Origin: Heterodontus francisci
Lineage: Eukaryota
DNA length: 64,000 nt
Direction of reading: 5' to 3'
NCBI RefSeq assembly: GCF_036365525.1
Contig: NC_090386.1
Location: 70,949,666-71,013,665 of the forward strand
Position numbers and translations under genes: made by a program. Shown here piece after piece: positions 26,311 to 38,749 of this stretch. Each line of letters opens with the position of its first letter. The stretch's first letter is position 1. Under the pieces are notes generated by a model, which made no database searches, was not told the origin of the DNA, and worked only from the letters and a program-made list of their open reading frames with translations.

Positions 26311-27025
26311 GGATGGGCATAAATGCTGGCCTGGCCAGCGACACCCACGTCCCATAAATGAATAAAAAAAAATATTACCAGCAGATTTCCTCTGGCATTG
26401 CTCACAGTAAATCAGAAGCATGGTGCAGAACAAGCAAGACAAGAACATTGAGATTGGGACCAAATGTGACACAGACATGAAGCATACACTAGACACAAGA
26501 CCTTTAACATATTACAGATAGATGTTAAAAAGTCAGATATGAAAGAACCTGGAGAAGAAAAAATGGCTGGATCTGTAAAAATGGCAGATATGTAAAAATG
26601 ACAGTTTCCAAAAAAACTACTCAGAAGGCAAGATGTGGCATAAGTTTCGAAGTAAAAAGCACCAACTCCAGAGATTTTCCCTCCTTTGGAAATTTTCATT
26701 CTCCCAATAAATATCTTGAGTGTTTTCTCAAGAATTCAAGCTTTCTTAGCATTTAAGCAACTTTATCAAAGTGAGTAGAAACATATTCCTTAAATTGGGG
26801 TTCCCAAACTGTGGCACATGTAGCCCTGGCAGTCTCTCAGGGGTACATGGAGGAAATTGTCCAATGACGGATCCTTTTGCATGCCCCTCCACTGCGTTCA
26901 CTCTCACACGCCTCTTTGTTTTCTCCCATTTCACTGTAAATTGTTACGATTTGCATTCAATTAGGAGCTGCAGGCTTTCAGTCACTGGCATTGACGGCAC
27001 TATGGGCAGTTAAATAAAAGGGTCT

Positions 27026-27160
27026 GTTCCGAAGAAGGGTCACTGACCCGAAATGTTAACTCTGCTTCTCTTTCCACAGATGCTGCCAGACCTGCTGAGT
27101 GGTTCCAGCATTTCTTGTTTTTATTTCAGATTTCCAGCATCCGCAGTATTTTGCTTTTAA
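27026..27160 (+). mobile_element. 135-bp Penelope terminal fragment beginning with a hammerhead motif
   Basis: Flanked by 16-bp TSD ttaaataaaagggtct; starts gttCCGAAGAagggtcactgacccGAAA. Confidence 0.85.
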
Positions 27161-28625
27161 TTAAATAAAAGGGTCTTTCAGGTTTGCTGGCAGCATTGAT
27201 CTGGGTTAAACTTTTTGGTAAGTGAAGCTGCCACTTGCTTTGTTAGGTCGCTTCAAATAGACCATTAAGAATATTACCAAGGTCAATACTGACCAGACAG
27301 TACAGGAGGTGGTGGAGGGAAGTTGCAAATGTGCTGGAATATTCCTTGAGTTAATCTGTTCAGTTTTAGTTTTAAAAATCGTTGCTTGTTGTTGCCCAAT
27401 GTTTTCTCCTCCTTTGTAGTGCCCTTCCCCCTATCATTGAAGGTGCTAGTTTTGACTCCTATACTAGTTCTTTGGGAGGAATTCAAATTATTTTATGCTT
27501 TGAAACCAGTCATTTTACTGAGAAAACCTTCATTAATTTTCACCAACTTCACAGGCTGACTGAGCTGACCTCCACCGATCCCAACTAACCTGAAACACGT
27601 AAATTGACTAAGAAACACAAATCGTTAAAATGTGAAATGTTTTAATCTAAAATGTTAATGTTTTGAAGAAACAAAATATTCAAAGCAACAGTGTAAGCAA
27701 TCCTACTTTCAGATGTGGTTGATGTTAAGTACAATATGATGCATTAAAAATAATGCATTTGGAGGAAGATAAAAGTTCACTTAAAAAGTGGACATGTTGT
27801 AGTTTGCAGATTCAGTGATTGCAAGACCGAATGATACCCAGTGCTGAGAATTGCGTTTACTAAAAACGGTTTGGCGTCAGTTTGTTTCTAGGTAAAATAA
27901 CCCTCTGCATTCTAGAACTAGGCAGCATCTAAAAATGTTTCTGGGAAATGTCAAATAGGAAGGAATGACCAAAATTAGAGTCTTAATTGTTCGTAGTAGA
28001 TTAGGTTAAACTGATGGGTCTGTTATTGTAGATTTAGGTGAACCTGATAGGAGAGATCCGTTCTGTACCTAATGAAACATGAACAGCTGGGTCCGCTACA
28101 CATTCATAAATTCATCTGCAGTACCCATGCCGCACGACTTATCAATAAAAGTACAAGAGAACCTCCTTGTCATGACAACTGACCCCGCACTCAAGATAGA
28201 ATTCCAACAAAAGCAGTTGGCTGAGTTTTAAGTCCAAATGCCAGCGGAGTTCCCTGAATTGTCAGACAGGTCTGTCAAGGTTTGATATCGTTTGACACAG
28301 CTTACTTGTATGAAAGTGGATTTTCATCACTCAGTTCAATGAAACCCAAGTATCGTCAGCGATATGTAGAAAACAACTTCAGACTAAAACCATCACCTGT
28401 CACTCCAAACGTTACGCACCTACGCTCGAACTAACAGCCTCATGTGTCACATTAATGGTGGGTAGTACTAGTAAGACATTGTATGTGTGTCTTATAATTT
28501 GTACAGTTTCTACAATGCTTGGTCATTAAAGGGGTTAAAATATTAAACCTGTTTGCTGGTAGAGATATGCGGGAAGTTGGTGGATCTGAGATCTGGAAAC
28601 TGGTACGCAACAAGTTAAGTTTGGG

Positions 28626-28758
28626 TAATAAAAGCAAAATACTGCGGATGCTGGAAATCTGAAACAAAAACAAGAAATGCTGGAATCACTCAGCAGGTCT
28701 GGCAGCATCTGTGGAAAGAGAAGCAGAGTCAACGTTTCGGGTCAGTGACCCTTCTTCG
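28626..28758 (-). mobile_element. Penelope terminal fragment inserted into the hAT right TIR
   Basis: 7-bp TSD gtttggg; inverted relative to the 27026 copy. Confidence 0.85.
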
Positions 28759-28861
28759 GTTTGGGAACCTCTGCCTTAAACAATTGTGTTCAAATAAGTG
28801 CCATTTCATGCAGTCTAATATGATGGTGAAGGTTTTATTATTATACAGCTGCCTGATGGTG

Positions 28862-31310
28862 CATACGAACAGGAGGAGGTTATTTGGCACCTCCAGCCTG
28901 TTCCACCATTCAATGAGATTATTGATTATCTGCGACCTAACTCGCCTTTGCCCCATATCCCTTAACACCTTTGGTTAAGAAAAAATTATCAATCTCAGAT
29001 TTAAAACAAACAATTGTTCTAGCATTGATCGCCATTTGTGGAAGAGAGTTTCAATCTTCTACCACCCTTTGGGCTAAATTTTACAAGCCTTTCGCACCGT
29101 GGGTCACGGCAGGGGCACCGGTACAATTCTGTGGGGAGAGGCCCGCCTCGACCCCAGACGCTGAGAAGGGCCCACCGCATATTATTGGCGGCAGGGGGAC
29201 CTCGGCGGGGCCTTCATCTACATATTCAAATTAGCCTAAATCATATGTAAATTCATTTACCTGCTGGCAGCGGCCATCCCACGCCATTCGTCCCTCACGC
29301 GCCTTCAGAACTCCGTACGGAATTCCAAGGTGAGAACCTGGTGGGAAGGGGGGAGGAATAAAATTTTCAGAGCGGGTGGGGGGGCGGGGTGGTGGAGGAA
29401 AACACTTTTGATTGGATGTGGGGATGGTGGGAAGGGGTTGGAAGGGCAAAAGTTAGAAGTTTGGAGGGTAAAGTTCGGGTAGGGAAAAATGAAAGCTTTG
29501 GTGATATCAGGCAATGAAATGACCATTGGAGGAGGTTGGGGAAGGGCCTCCATATAATTATTGTTTGTTAATAAAAAATAAATGAATACAGTACCTTTAA
29601 AAATTAAAATTACTTCTAAGGGCTTGGATCCCTTTTAAAATGGCACCGGCGCCTGCGCGGTGGTGCTGGACACGTTGCTGGGGACGCAGCAGCCATCCCC
29701 TCTACGACATCGGGGGCAGCCGCCCCACCCCCTCTAGTTAAAGCAGCCCCCACGTGTAATATCACGGAGCTGTGCCATGGCACTTCCATGTCGGAAGGCC
29801 GCCGCTCTCACAGTGCGCTGCCGCGGAGCACTAATAACATGCAGCCTTTTATGTATAGCAGTGTTTTCTAATTTCCTTCTTGAAAGGAAAAAAAATTAGA
29901 CATGGGGTCAGTCTGCATCTGGAAAAAATAACCCTCCACATTCTGGAACTCTACAGCATCTAAAAATGTTTCTAGTCTGAGACTCTCGAACCAACAGAAA
30001 TAGATTCTTTCTATTTACCTTACCTGTTCCTCGTAATACCTTGAAAACTTCAATCAAATTACCCCTTAACCTTCTAAATTATAGGGAATACAACCCTAGT
30101 TTGTGTAATCTCTTCTTGTAATTTAACCTATGGAGTCCAGATATCATTCTACGTTGCACTCTCTCCAAGGCCAATATATCCTTTTCAAGGTGTAGTGCCC
30201 AGAACTGCTCATAGTACTCCAGGTCCATTATAAGCAGTGTTTTGTATAGCTGAAGCATGACTTATACCCATTTGTATTCCAGTCCTCTAGATATAAAGGC
30301 CAGAACTTCATTAGCTTTTTTGATTATTTTCTGTTCATGACATTTTAATGAATGATGTACTTGGACCCTCAAGTCTCTTTGCACCACCACTGTTTCTAAC
30401 TTTTCACTATTTAGAAACTACTCTGTTCTATCCTTTTTAGGCCCAAAGTGCATGACCTCACATTTGCATATGTTGAAATCCATTTGCCGCAGTTTTGCCT
30501 ATTCACTTAATCTATTACCATTTGTTTGTAATTTTATGCTTCCATCTACAGTACTTGCAATGCCACCTATCTTTGTGTCCTCGGCAAATTCGGCTATGTC
30601 GCTTTCTGTCCCATTATCTAAGCCATTAATAAATGTAATGAATATTTGAAGCCCCAACACAGATCCTTGTGGGACACGACTAGTCACATCCTGCCAATTA
30701 GAGTACCTGCCCATTATCCTTACTCTCTGTCTCTTGCCGCTCAGCCAATTTCCCAACCAGGTCAATAATTTGCCTTCAATTCCATGCATTTCAACTTTAG
30801 CAAATAGTTTCTTATGAGGGACTTTATCAAATGCCTTATGGAAGTCCATATAAATAACATGCATAGCCATTCCTCTGTCCACTAATTCAGTTACCTCTTC
30901 AAAATGTTCATCAGGTTCAGCAGGCATGACCTATCTTTGACATATATGCTGGCTCTCTCTGATCAGTTGAAAATTTTCAAGGTGTTCAGTCAGCCTTTCC
31001 TTGCTTATAGACTCTAATCTAGCAATTTGCCGACAACAGATGGTAGACTAACTGATCTGCAGTTCTCTTGTTTCCATCTGTCACATTTCTTAAATAGTGG
31101 AGTGACCTGCAATTTTCCAATCTAAAGGAATGCTTCCAGAATTGAACTTTGGAAGGTTATGGTTAGAGTATCTGCAATATTCTCACCTGCTTCCTTTAAA
31201 ACCCAGGAATGGAAGCCATCTGGTCATGGGGATTTGTCACTCTTTGGTGCCACTATTTTCTTAATTACTGTTATTTTCTGTATGTTAATTTTGGTGAGTC
31301 CCTATCCTGG
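28862..31310 (-). mobile_element. CR1 LINE (RT to 3' tail), interrupted by a MITE
   Basis: Minus ORF DFHKAFDKVPH...VPQGSVLG...FAEDTKIGG; tail near 28862. Confidence 0.9.
29071..29847. mobile_element. Harbinger-type MITE
   Basis: TIRs gggctaaatttta / taacatgcagcct; 3-bp TSD TTT; CR1 sequence rejoins across it. Confidence 0.75.
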
Positions 31311-33479
31311 CATGGAATCTTTTGAAAGATTTATTTTCAGTTGTCATTTTATGCTATGAACAATGAAATTATTGATGACAACAACTGTTTGAAATGTGCA
31401 CATGATAGAAGATGCAACTACATGATATTAAAAAGGATAAACAAGAGATATTACCCTTGAGAAGCACCTTGGGGTGTATTATTATGTTAAAGGAACTATA
31501 TAAATACAAGTTATTGTTGAAAGCATAATTCAGAGATCATTTAGCCTAATCATAGTTTACTGTTTAATTCAAAGAAGATTTTTCATTACTTCTTTTTCTT
31601 GTTTGTAGAATTTTATGGAATGTTCCTTAACTATTATTATGAAACAGAGTGAAAAAGCTATTTCAAAAATAAGTCTGATGATCAGAAGATACAGGTTAGA
31701 GATCATTTATCAGACTTCCATCATTGCATACAGTAAGAAATGGTGCAGTGCATAGATTGAAAATGAAGGAGTGCATTTGAACTTGGAGTGGGCATCTGGC
31801 ACAGGCAGCAGGAGGCAATTCTGATTTTAACCATTGGGCCACATTTAAAGCCGCATGCCCACTTCCCGCCAAGAACAGTTATGAAGAGGGCAGAGAACAG
31901 CTGGCAAAGATGGGGTGGCTCTTCAGTGCCCAACAATTTCCAGGTAAGAATGGGGAATGGGGGAGTGGTGCAGGAGGGTTCCATGGGAGGGAAGTGGGGG
32001 CTAGTCCAGGACAGGGGAAGCACAACTTTTTCATAGGACCTAGAGGAGCACTTAGATTTCCCTGAAGAGAATCCTGCTTCTGCCTATCTGGAAAGTAGCT
32101 TCTCCGCTCAGGCCCTGGTTAAAACTGCATTGGGGTCCTATTGATGCAATAGAACCTTCATTTCCCTAACTTGATGAGGCGCCTGCTTGTGTTGAGCAGG
32201 TGTCTCATCTGCCTGCAAAAGTCACAGGTTAATATCAGAAATGTTTGGAATCTGGATGGATAAGCAACCTCATTTTTAAATTCGCAACTGCAGGGCAGGT
32301 AGAGTTAAATGGAACCTCAAAGTACCTAAGACTAGTAACTTTGTCACATCATTTTGAATGTCACCACTATCAACGGCTCCTGTGCTTTCTTCTATGAGTG
32401 GTATTCTTCAGGTTGCAGACTCTTTTTCTTCTAATGCATCATGTTTCTAATGTAATTTTTGAAAGTGGACATTTCAGATTTTACGATTTGTTCAGAACAA
32501 CTTAATTGATAGAAAATGGTGTGAAGATATATTCTTGATATGATTACAATGTACAATGTAATTTAAATGCATTTCCCAATCTGGCATTTTGTTTACTGCA
32601 GGTTAGGCAAATGATGCATGCAGGATGCACAACGATAAATTGACCTTACAGGTGAAACTACTTGGTTGAAGATAAAGTGTAAGAACATCAAATTTCATCA
32701 AGAAACATTTTGAGAAGTCAAACCCTGTTAAAATTTACTGAAAGGGAATCAATATAATATTATGTGCAAAAGGGTATTCTGTGCAATGTCATTCAATGTT
32801 GATTTCCAAACAGGCACGGCAGTCTTTTGTGGATTAGCCTCAGTGGTTCACTGGTAGTAAAATCAGGCAGTACAGTTGATGGTATTTGTTTAACACTATG
32901 GCTTTGACATTTTTAAAACACAATTTAAAAAAAAACTAAATAAGAACCGGGCAATCTGCTTTCAAAAACATAGATAACCTGAACTTGTGTAAATTAGATA
33001 ACTAGTTCAGGTATTGTCAGTAAATGTGTAAAGATTTATTTTGAAAATGAATGCAGATTTACTGATTGACATCAATGGAATTCAGTACTTACTGAAAGAA
33101 GGAACCCCCTTCAAAGTAATTGGAAGAAGTTAAAAGACCAGCATAGACTATCAATGTCTTAGCCCTGCAGCTACACTCCTTAATCTGTTTCTTCTAAAAG
33201 CATCATTTATATTGGGCTTTGTACTTAATATTGATTTTTACAGTACAAAAATTACAATTCCATTTTTGCAATCAATGCTGACAAATATCACTGCACAGTC
33301 AGTCCTCTTACACAGGTTAGTATCATTTTTTCACCTTTTGGTCATGTTTGCAAAAGTCATTGGGCTGTAATTTGCTGTCAAGATAACGGTGAGGCTAATG
33401 GCAGAGTTTCATGACATGCTTATTCAGGTCCCAGATGCCCGATTTCCTTCACTGTGAAGTTTAAGCTCACTGTTTCAGC

Positions 33480-33729
33480 AACCTAAACTTATGCAGCACC
33501 TAAACTTAAACAGAACCAGAAACTAATAAAGCAGCTGAATCTAATATAGCAGCGCCAACTAATACATCACACCAAACTAATAAAGCATCTCAAACAATAC
33601 AGTACCTGAGACAATAACACAGTCACAAACTAATACAGCATCTCAGACTGGTAAATCAAATCAAACTAACACAGGACCCTACACAAATACAGCATCTCAG
33701 ACCATTACAGCATCTCAAGCTAATACTAT
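33480..33729. repeat. 18-bp minisatellite (~AAACTAATACAGCATCTC), left half
   Basis: Tandem units seen directly; continues at 41072. Confidence 0.85.
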
Positions 33730-33789
33730 AGGCAGAGTTTTAAGTGGCAAGGGGAGACAGACATAAATACAGGCACAGGGTGAAACCTA

Positions 33790-36700
33790 GGGTGGGTATG
33801 TCCTGTCCCAATAGCACAACAGACCCACCAGAGGTGGTGGTACAGTTGTATATAACTCTCCCTAGTGGAGAGGTCAATTACCAGGGGGCACAGATTTAAA
33901 GTGTTTGGTGGAAGGATTAGAAGGGACATGAGGAAAAAGGTTTTCACCCAGAGGGTGGTAGGTGTCTGGAATTCACTGCCCGGATCGATGCTGGAGGCAG
34001 AAACCCTCAACTCTTTTAAAAGGTACCTGGACATGCACTTGAAGTTCTGTAACCTGCAAGGCTACAACCAGGTGCTGGAAGGTGGGATTAGATTGGGCGG
34101 CTAGCTTTTGCAGCCGGCACAGACACGATGGGCTGAATGGCCTCCTTTTGTGCCGTAACATTTCTATGGTTCTATACAGTTGGGAGGGAGTGGCTCTGGG
34201 CATCCTCAACATTGATTCCAGACCCCATGAAGTCTCATGGCATCAGGTCTAACATGGCCAAGGAAATCTCCTGCTGATTACTACCTACTGCCCTCCCTCA
34301 GCTAATGAATCAGTGCTACTCCATGTTGAACACCACTTGGAAGAAGCAATGAGGGTAGCAAGGGCATGGAATCTTTTCTGAATGGGGACTTCAATGCCCA
34401 TCATCAAGAATGGCTGAGTCGCACCACTACTGACCAAGCTGTCTGAGTCCTAAAGGACATATCTGCCAGACTGTGCTGGCAGCAGGTGGTGAGGAAACCA
34501 ACAAGATGGAAAAACCTATTTGACCTCACCCTCACCAATCCAGCTGTTCCAGATGCATTTGTCCATGACAGTATTGTTAGGAGTGACCATTGCACAGTCC
34601 TTATGGAGACTAGCCCCCGCCCCGCCACCCCCCCCCCCCACCATCGTGTTGTGGGACACTACCGCCATGCTAAAGGTGATAGATTCAGAATAGATCTAGC
34701 AGCTCAAAACTGGGCATTCATGAGGCGCTGTGGGCCATCAACAGCAGCAGAATTGTATTCAACCACAATCTATAACCTCATGGCCCGGCATATACTTCAT
34801 TCCACCATTAACATCAAACCAGGGAATCAAACCTGGTTCAATAAGGAGTGCAGGAGCGCATGCTAGGAGCAACATCAAGCATACGTAAAAATGAGATGCC
34901 AACCAGGTGAAGCTACAACATAGGACCACTTGCATGCTAAACAGCAGAAGCACATGCGATCTCCAGCAATTAGCAATCCCAAAACCAATGAATCCGATCA
35001 AAGCTTGGTAGTCCTGCCACATCCATTCGTGAATGGTGATGGACAATTAAACAATGAACCGGAGGAGGATGCTCCACAAACATCCCCATCCTGAATGATG
35101 AGGGAGCCCAGCATGTCAATGCAAAAGACAAGGCTGAAGCATTTGCAGCCATCTGCAGCCAGCAGTGCCGAGCAGATGACAGTCTTCAGGTAATCCATTT
35201 CACTCCATATGATATCAAGAAATGGCTGACGACACTGGATACAGCAAAGTCTGTGGGCTCTGACAACATCCCAGCTGTAGAACTGAAGACTTGTGCTCCA
35301 GAACTAGCCATGTCCCAAACCAAGTTGTTCCAGTACAGCTACAATACTGGCACCTACCCGACAATGTGGAAAATTACCCAGGTATTTCTCGTCTACAAAA
35401 AGCAGAACAAATCCAATCCAGCCAATATCAACCATTCAGTCTACTCTGCATCATCAGCAAAGTGATGGAAGATGTCATCGACAGTGCTATCAAGTGGCAC
35501 TTAACCAGCAATAACCTGCTCACCTACGCTCAGTCTGGGTTCCACCAGGGCCATTGCACTCCAGACCTTATTACAGCCTTTGTCCAAACATGGTCAAAAG
35601 TGCTGAATTCAAAAGATGAGGTGAGAATGACTGCCCTTGACATCAAGGCAGCATTTGACTGAGTATGGCATCAAGGAGCCCTAGCAAAATTCAACTTAAT
35701 GGGAATCAGGAAAATACCTCTCTGCTGGTTGGAGTCATACCTAGCACAAAGGAATGTGGTTGTGGATGTTGGAAGCCAGTCATCTATGCCCCAGGACATC
35801 ACTACAGGAGTTCATCAAGATAGTGTCCTAGGCCCAACCATCTTCAGCTGCTTCATCAATGACCTTCCCTCCAACCCATAAGGTCAGAGGTGGGGATGTT
35901 TGCTGATGATTGCACCATGCTCAGTACCGTTCGAGACTCCTCAGATACTGAAGCAGTCTGTGCCCACATGCAACAAGACCTGGACAACATTCAGGCTTGG
36001 GCTGCTAAGTGGCAAGTAACAATCATGCCACACAAGTGCCAGGCAATGACCGTCCCCAACAGGAGAGAATCTAACCACCTTCCCTTGACAATCAACAGCA
36101 TTACCACTGCTGAATCCTCCACCGTTAACATCCTGTTGATTACAATTGATCAGAAACTTAATTGAACCAAACATATAACTACTGTGACTACAAGAGCAGA
36201 TCAGAGGCTGGGAATTCTGCAGCGAGTAACTCACCTCCTGACTCGCCAAAGCCTGTCCACATTTACAAGGCACAAGTCAGGAGTGTGATGGAATACTCTC
36301 CACTTGCCTGGATGAGTGTAGCTCCAACAACACTCAAGAAGCTCGGCATCATCCAGCACAAAGCAGCCCACTTGATTGACACCCCATCCATCACTTTAAA
36401 CATTCACTCCCTCCACAGCGGCGCACAATGGCAGCACAATGCACTATCTATAAGATGCACTGCAGCAACTTGCTAAGGCTCCTTCGAGAGCACCTTCCAA
36501 ACCCATGACCTTTTACCACCTAAAAGGACAAGAGCAGCAGACACCTGGGAACACCATCAACTGCAAGATCCCCTCCAAGTGACACACCATTCTGACTTGG
36601 AAATATATCACCATTCCTTCACTGTCGCTGGGTCAAAAACCTGGAGCTCCCTTCCTAACAGCACTGTGGGTGTACCTACACCACATGGACTGCAGTGGGT

Positions 36701-36800
36701 CAAGAAGACTGCTCACTACCACCTTCTCAAGGGCAATTAGGGATGGGCAATAAATGCTGGCCTTACAAGTGACACTCCCATTCCAAGAATGAAAAAAATC
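33790..36800 (+). mobile_element. Older 5'-truncated copy of the tRNA-headed LINE family
   Basis: Colinear with ~23725-26370; same APE/RT motifs and tail. Confidence 0.9.
33855..34172 (+). mobile_element. CR1 3' fragment nested in the LINE above
   Basis: RGHRFKVFGG...FTQRVVGVWNSLP; tata duplication at the junctions. Confidence 0.85.
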
Positions 36801-37229
36801 CCCGAAAAGTAGCATGAGGTCGGGAACCCAGCATGCTCACGCCTGCTTCTGGGTTTGACCCAGGTGGGTTTGGAGGCGAGTGGGGCATCCCCATGCAGCT
36901 GTCAGGAAACTAATTAAAATATTGCAAGAAGTCATTAAGTCTCACTTTAACCCTAGATTCTGGGCTTAGCTGTCAGCGCTTGGGTTCCCCGAGCTCTCTG
37001 CATTTCCCCAGGGTTCACGAGGCGAGAGCACAGGGGGAGAATGATGGTTTAATGAAATTGATGTGCTGGGAAGACATTAAAGACTGAAATTGGCAAACTT
37101 GTGGTTAGCCACAATGAAAGGTTTGTGCTTGCAGGATTACTTCTGTCAGCCTGAAATCACTACTTTGAGTGTCAATTGCAACCTTTTGGAATTACTTTCA
37201 AGTTCCTTGGAGGATACTCACCTTCCTCC

Positions 37230-38447
37230 CAACTTCCTTGCTGTCAGCCTTCACCACAGTAAGAAAGTAGCTTATCGCTCCTCTGAGGAGTAGCAATAGG
37301 ATCAGCCACACCAACAGCAGCAGCAACAACAACAAGGGCAACAGCAGCACCAGGAGCAACAACACCAGCAGCAGCTGCCTTCTCCACAGCTACATGCTGC
37401 TCCATGGGACAGAGGGGATGGGCATGGAGCTCCAGCTCAAAGGAGACGATACCTCCAGCACAGCGTCTACAGACAGAGGGAGAGCTTCCTCAACATGACA
37501 GAGCAACAGTGTCTCAGGGGGATCAGGCTTTGACGGCAGGCCATGACTGACATCTGTAGCCTCCTGGAACAAGACCTCTTTCCAAGTGGACCGGGTGCCC
37601 ACCTATTGCCACTGGCCATCATGGTCATCACAGCCCTGAATTTCTTTGCCTCCAGATTCTTCTAGAGATCAGCTGGAGACATCTCCGGGATCTTACAATC
37701 TGCTGCCCATAAATTCATCAAACAGGTCACCAATGCCTTGTTTTCCAAGGCCGCCAATTATATCAACTTCGCCATGGATGAGGCCAGTCAAATCCAGAGG
37801 GCTGTCGGCTTCACTGCAGAGGCTGGATTCCCACAGGTGCAGGGAGTCATTGATTCTATGCATGTGGCAATCAAGGCATCATCAGATCAGCCAGCAGTCT
37901 TCATCAACTTGAAGGGCTTCCACTCCCTCAATGTCCAGTTAGTTTGTGACAACCGAAAGGTTACCATGCATGTCTGCACTAGATATCCAGGGAGCTACCA
38001 TAACTCATTTATTCTGTGGCAATCACATCTCCCGCAAGTTTTCATTCCTCCACACAGCCTCAGCAACAGGCTCCTGGGAGACGAGGGTCAGCCTCTGAAG
38101 ATCTCGCTGCTGACTCCTATGACGAACCCGATCAGTGAACCAGCGGAGAGATACAGCAGGAGCTACATGACCACAAAGGTGATAATTGGCTTGCTGAGGA
38201 TGCAGTTCAGGTGCTTGGACAGATCTGGAGGAGCCCTTCAGTATGCCTCATCAAGGGTCTCCAGGATTGTTCTGGTCCGCTGTGCTCTTCACAACATCAC
38301 GCTGTAGAGAGGAGGGGAGCTGCAGAAAGAGGAAAGTGCAGAACTTCAGAGGAGGAGGAGGAACCAGATGTAGCCATGGTGCCTGCAGCCACACACCTGG
38401 CTGCCGGAGAAGCCCGTGATGGATTCATCCAGGCCTGCTTTATTTAA
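37230..38447 (+). pseudogene. Harbinger DDE transposase (HARBI1-like) with N-terminal poly-Q; disrupted
   Basis: GFPQVQGVIDSMHV, KGFHSLNVQLVCD, YPGS, LLGDEG, FRCLDRSGGALQY, CALHN motifs; in-frame stops. Confidence 0.88.
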
Positions 38448-38749
38448 TTTGTGTGTGTAAAGCCATCTGAGAGTGCCATCAGAAACCTGTACCACCAGCC
38501 CACACCCCACAACAAGCCGCACCTCATTTCAACATTCAATCAGTCGACCAATACATTCATACTCTTTCCTCCTCATAAAACCTGATCGTATCATTCACCT
38601 GAAGGCTAATGTGCAGGGTGAATGAGGGATATAACAAAGTAGAGGCCAGGAGAATGTGGCGTTCGAATAAAGTCATTCATTCATTGCAATAAACATCCTT
38701 ATAACTCAATTAACATTGGTATAAGCACCCAAGTGAATCCCCTTGTGCA

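Larger units (their letters stand above)
22408..26371 (+). mobile_element. Full-length tRNA-headed non-LTR retrotransposon (CR1/L2-group APE-RT, single ORF), interrupted by a Penelope fragment
   Basis: A box TGGCGTAGTGG 22418, B box GGTTCAAATCC 23220; APE motifs (TNIWGL, ILTESYL, GDFN, SDH); RT motifs ([14 protein letters not shown]); 3' hairpin GCTGGC-ctg-GCCAGC plus A tail; flanked by an ATATT duplication. Confidence 0.9.
26796..28773 (+). mobile_element. hAT (Buster/Charlie-type) DNA transposon, internally deleted
   Basis: TIRs ggggttcccaaac / gtttgggaacctctg; 8-bp TSD ccttaaat/ccttaaac with central TA; transposase C-terminus (FPELSDRSVK...YLYESGFSSL..MKPKYRQR...QPHVSH*) at ~28090-28455. 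Confidence 0.85.

Noticed and set aside
37738-38307. Domesticated HARBI1 host gene
   Set aside because: Upstream stops, an apparent deletion around the catalytic Glu region, and enclosure by TIRs/TSD show a decayed transposon.
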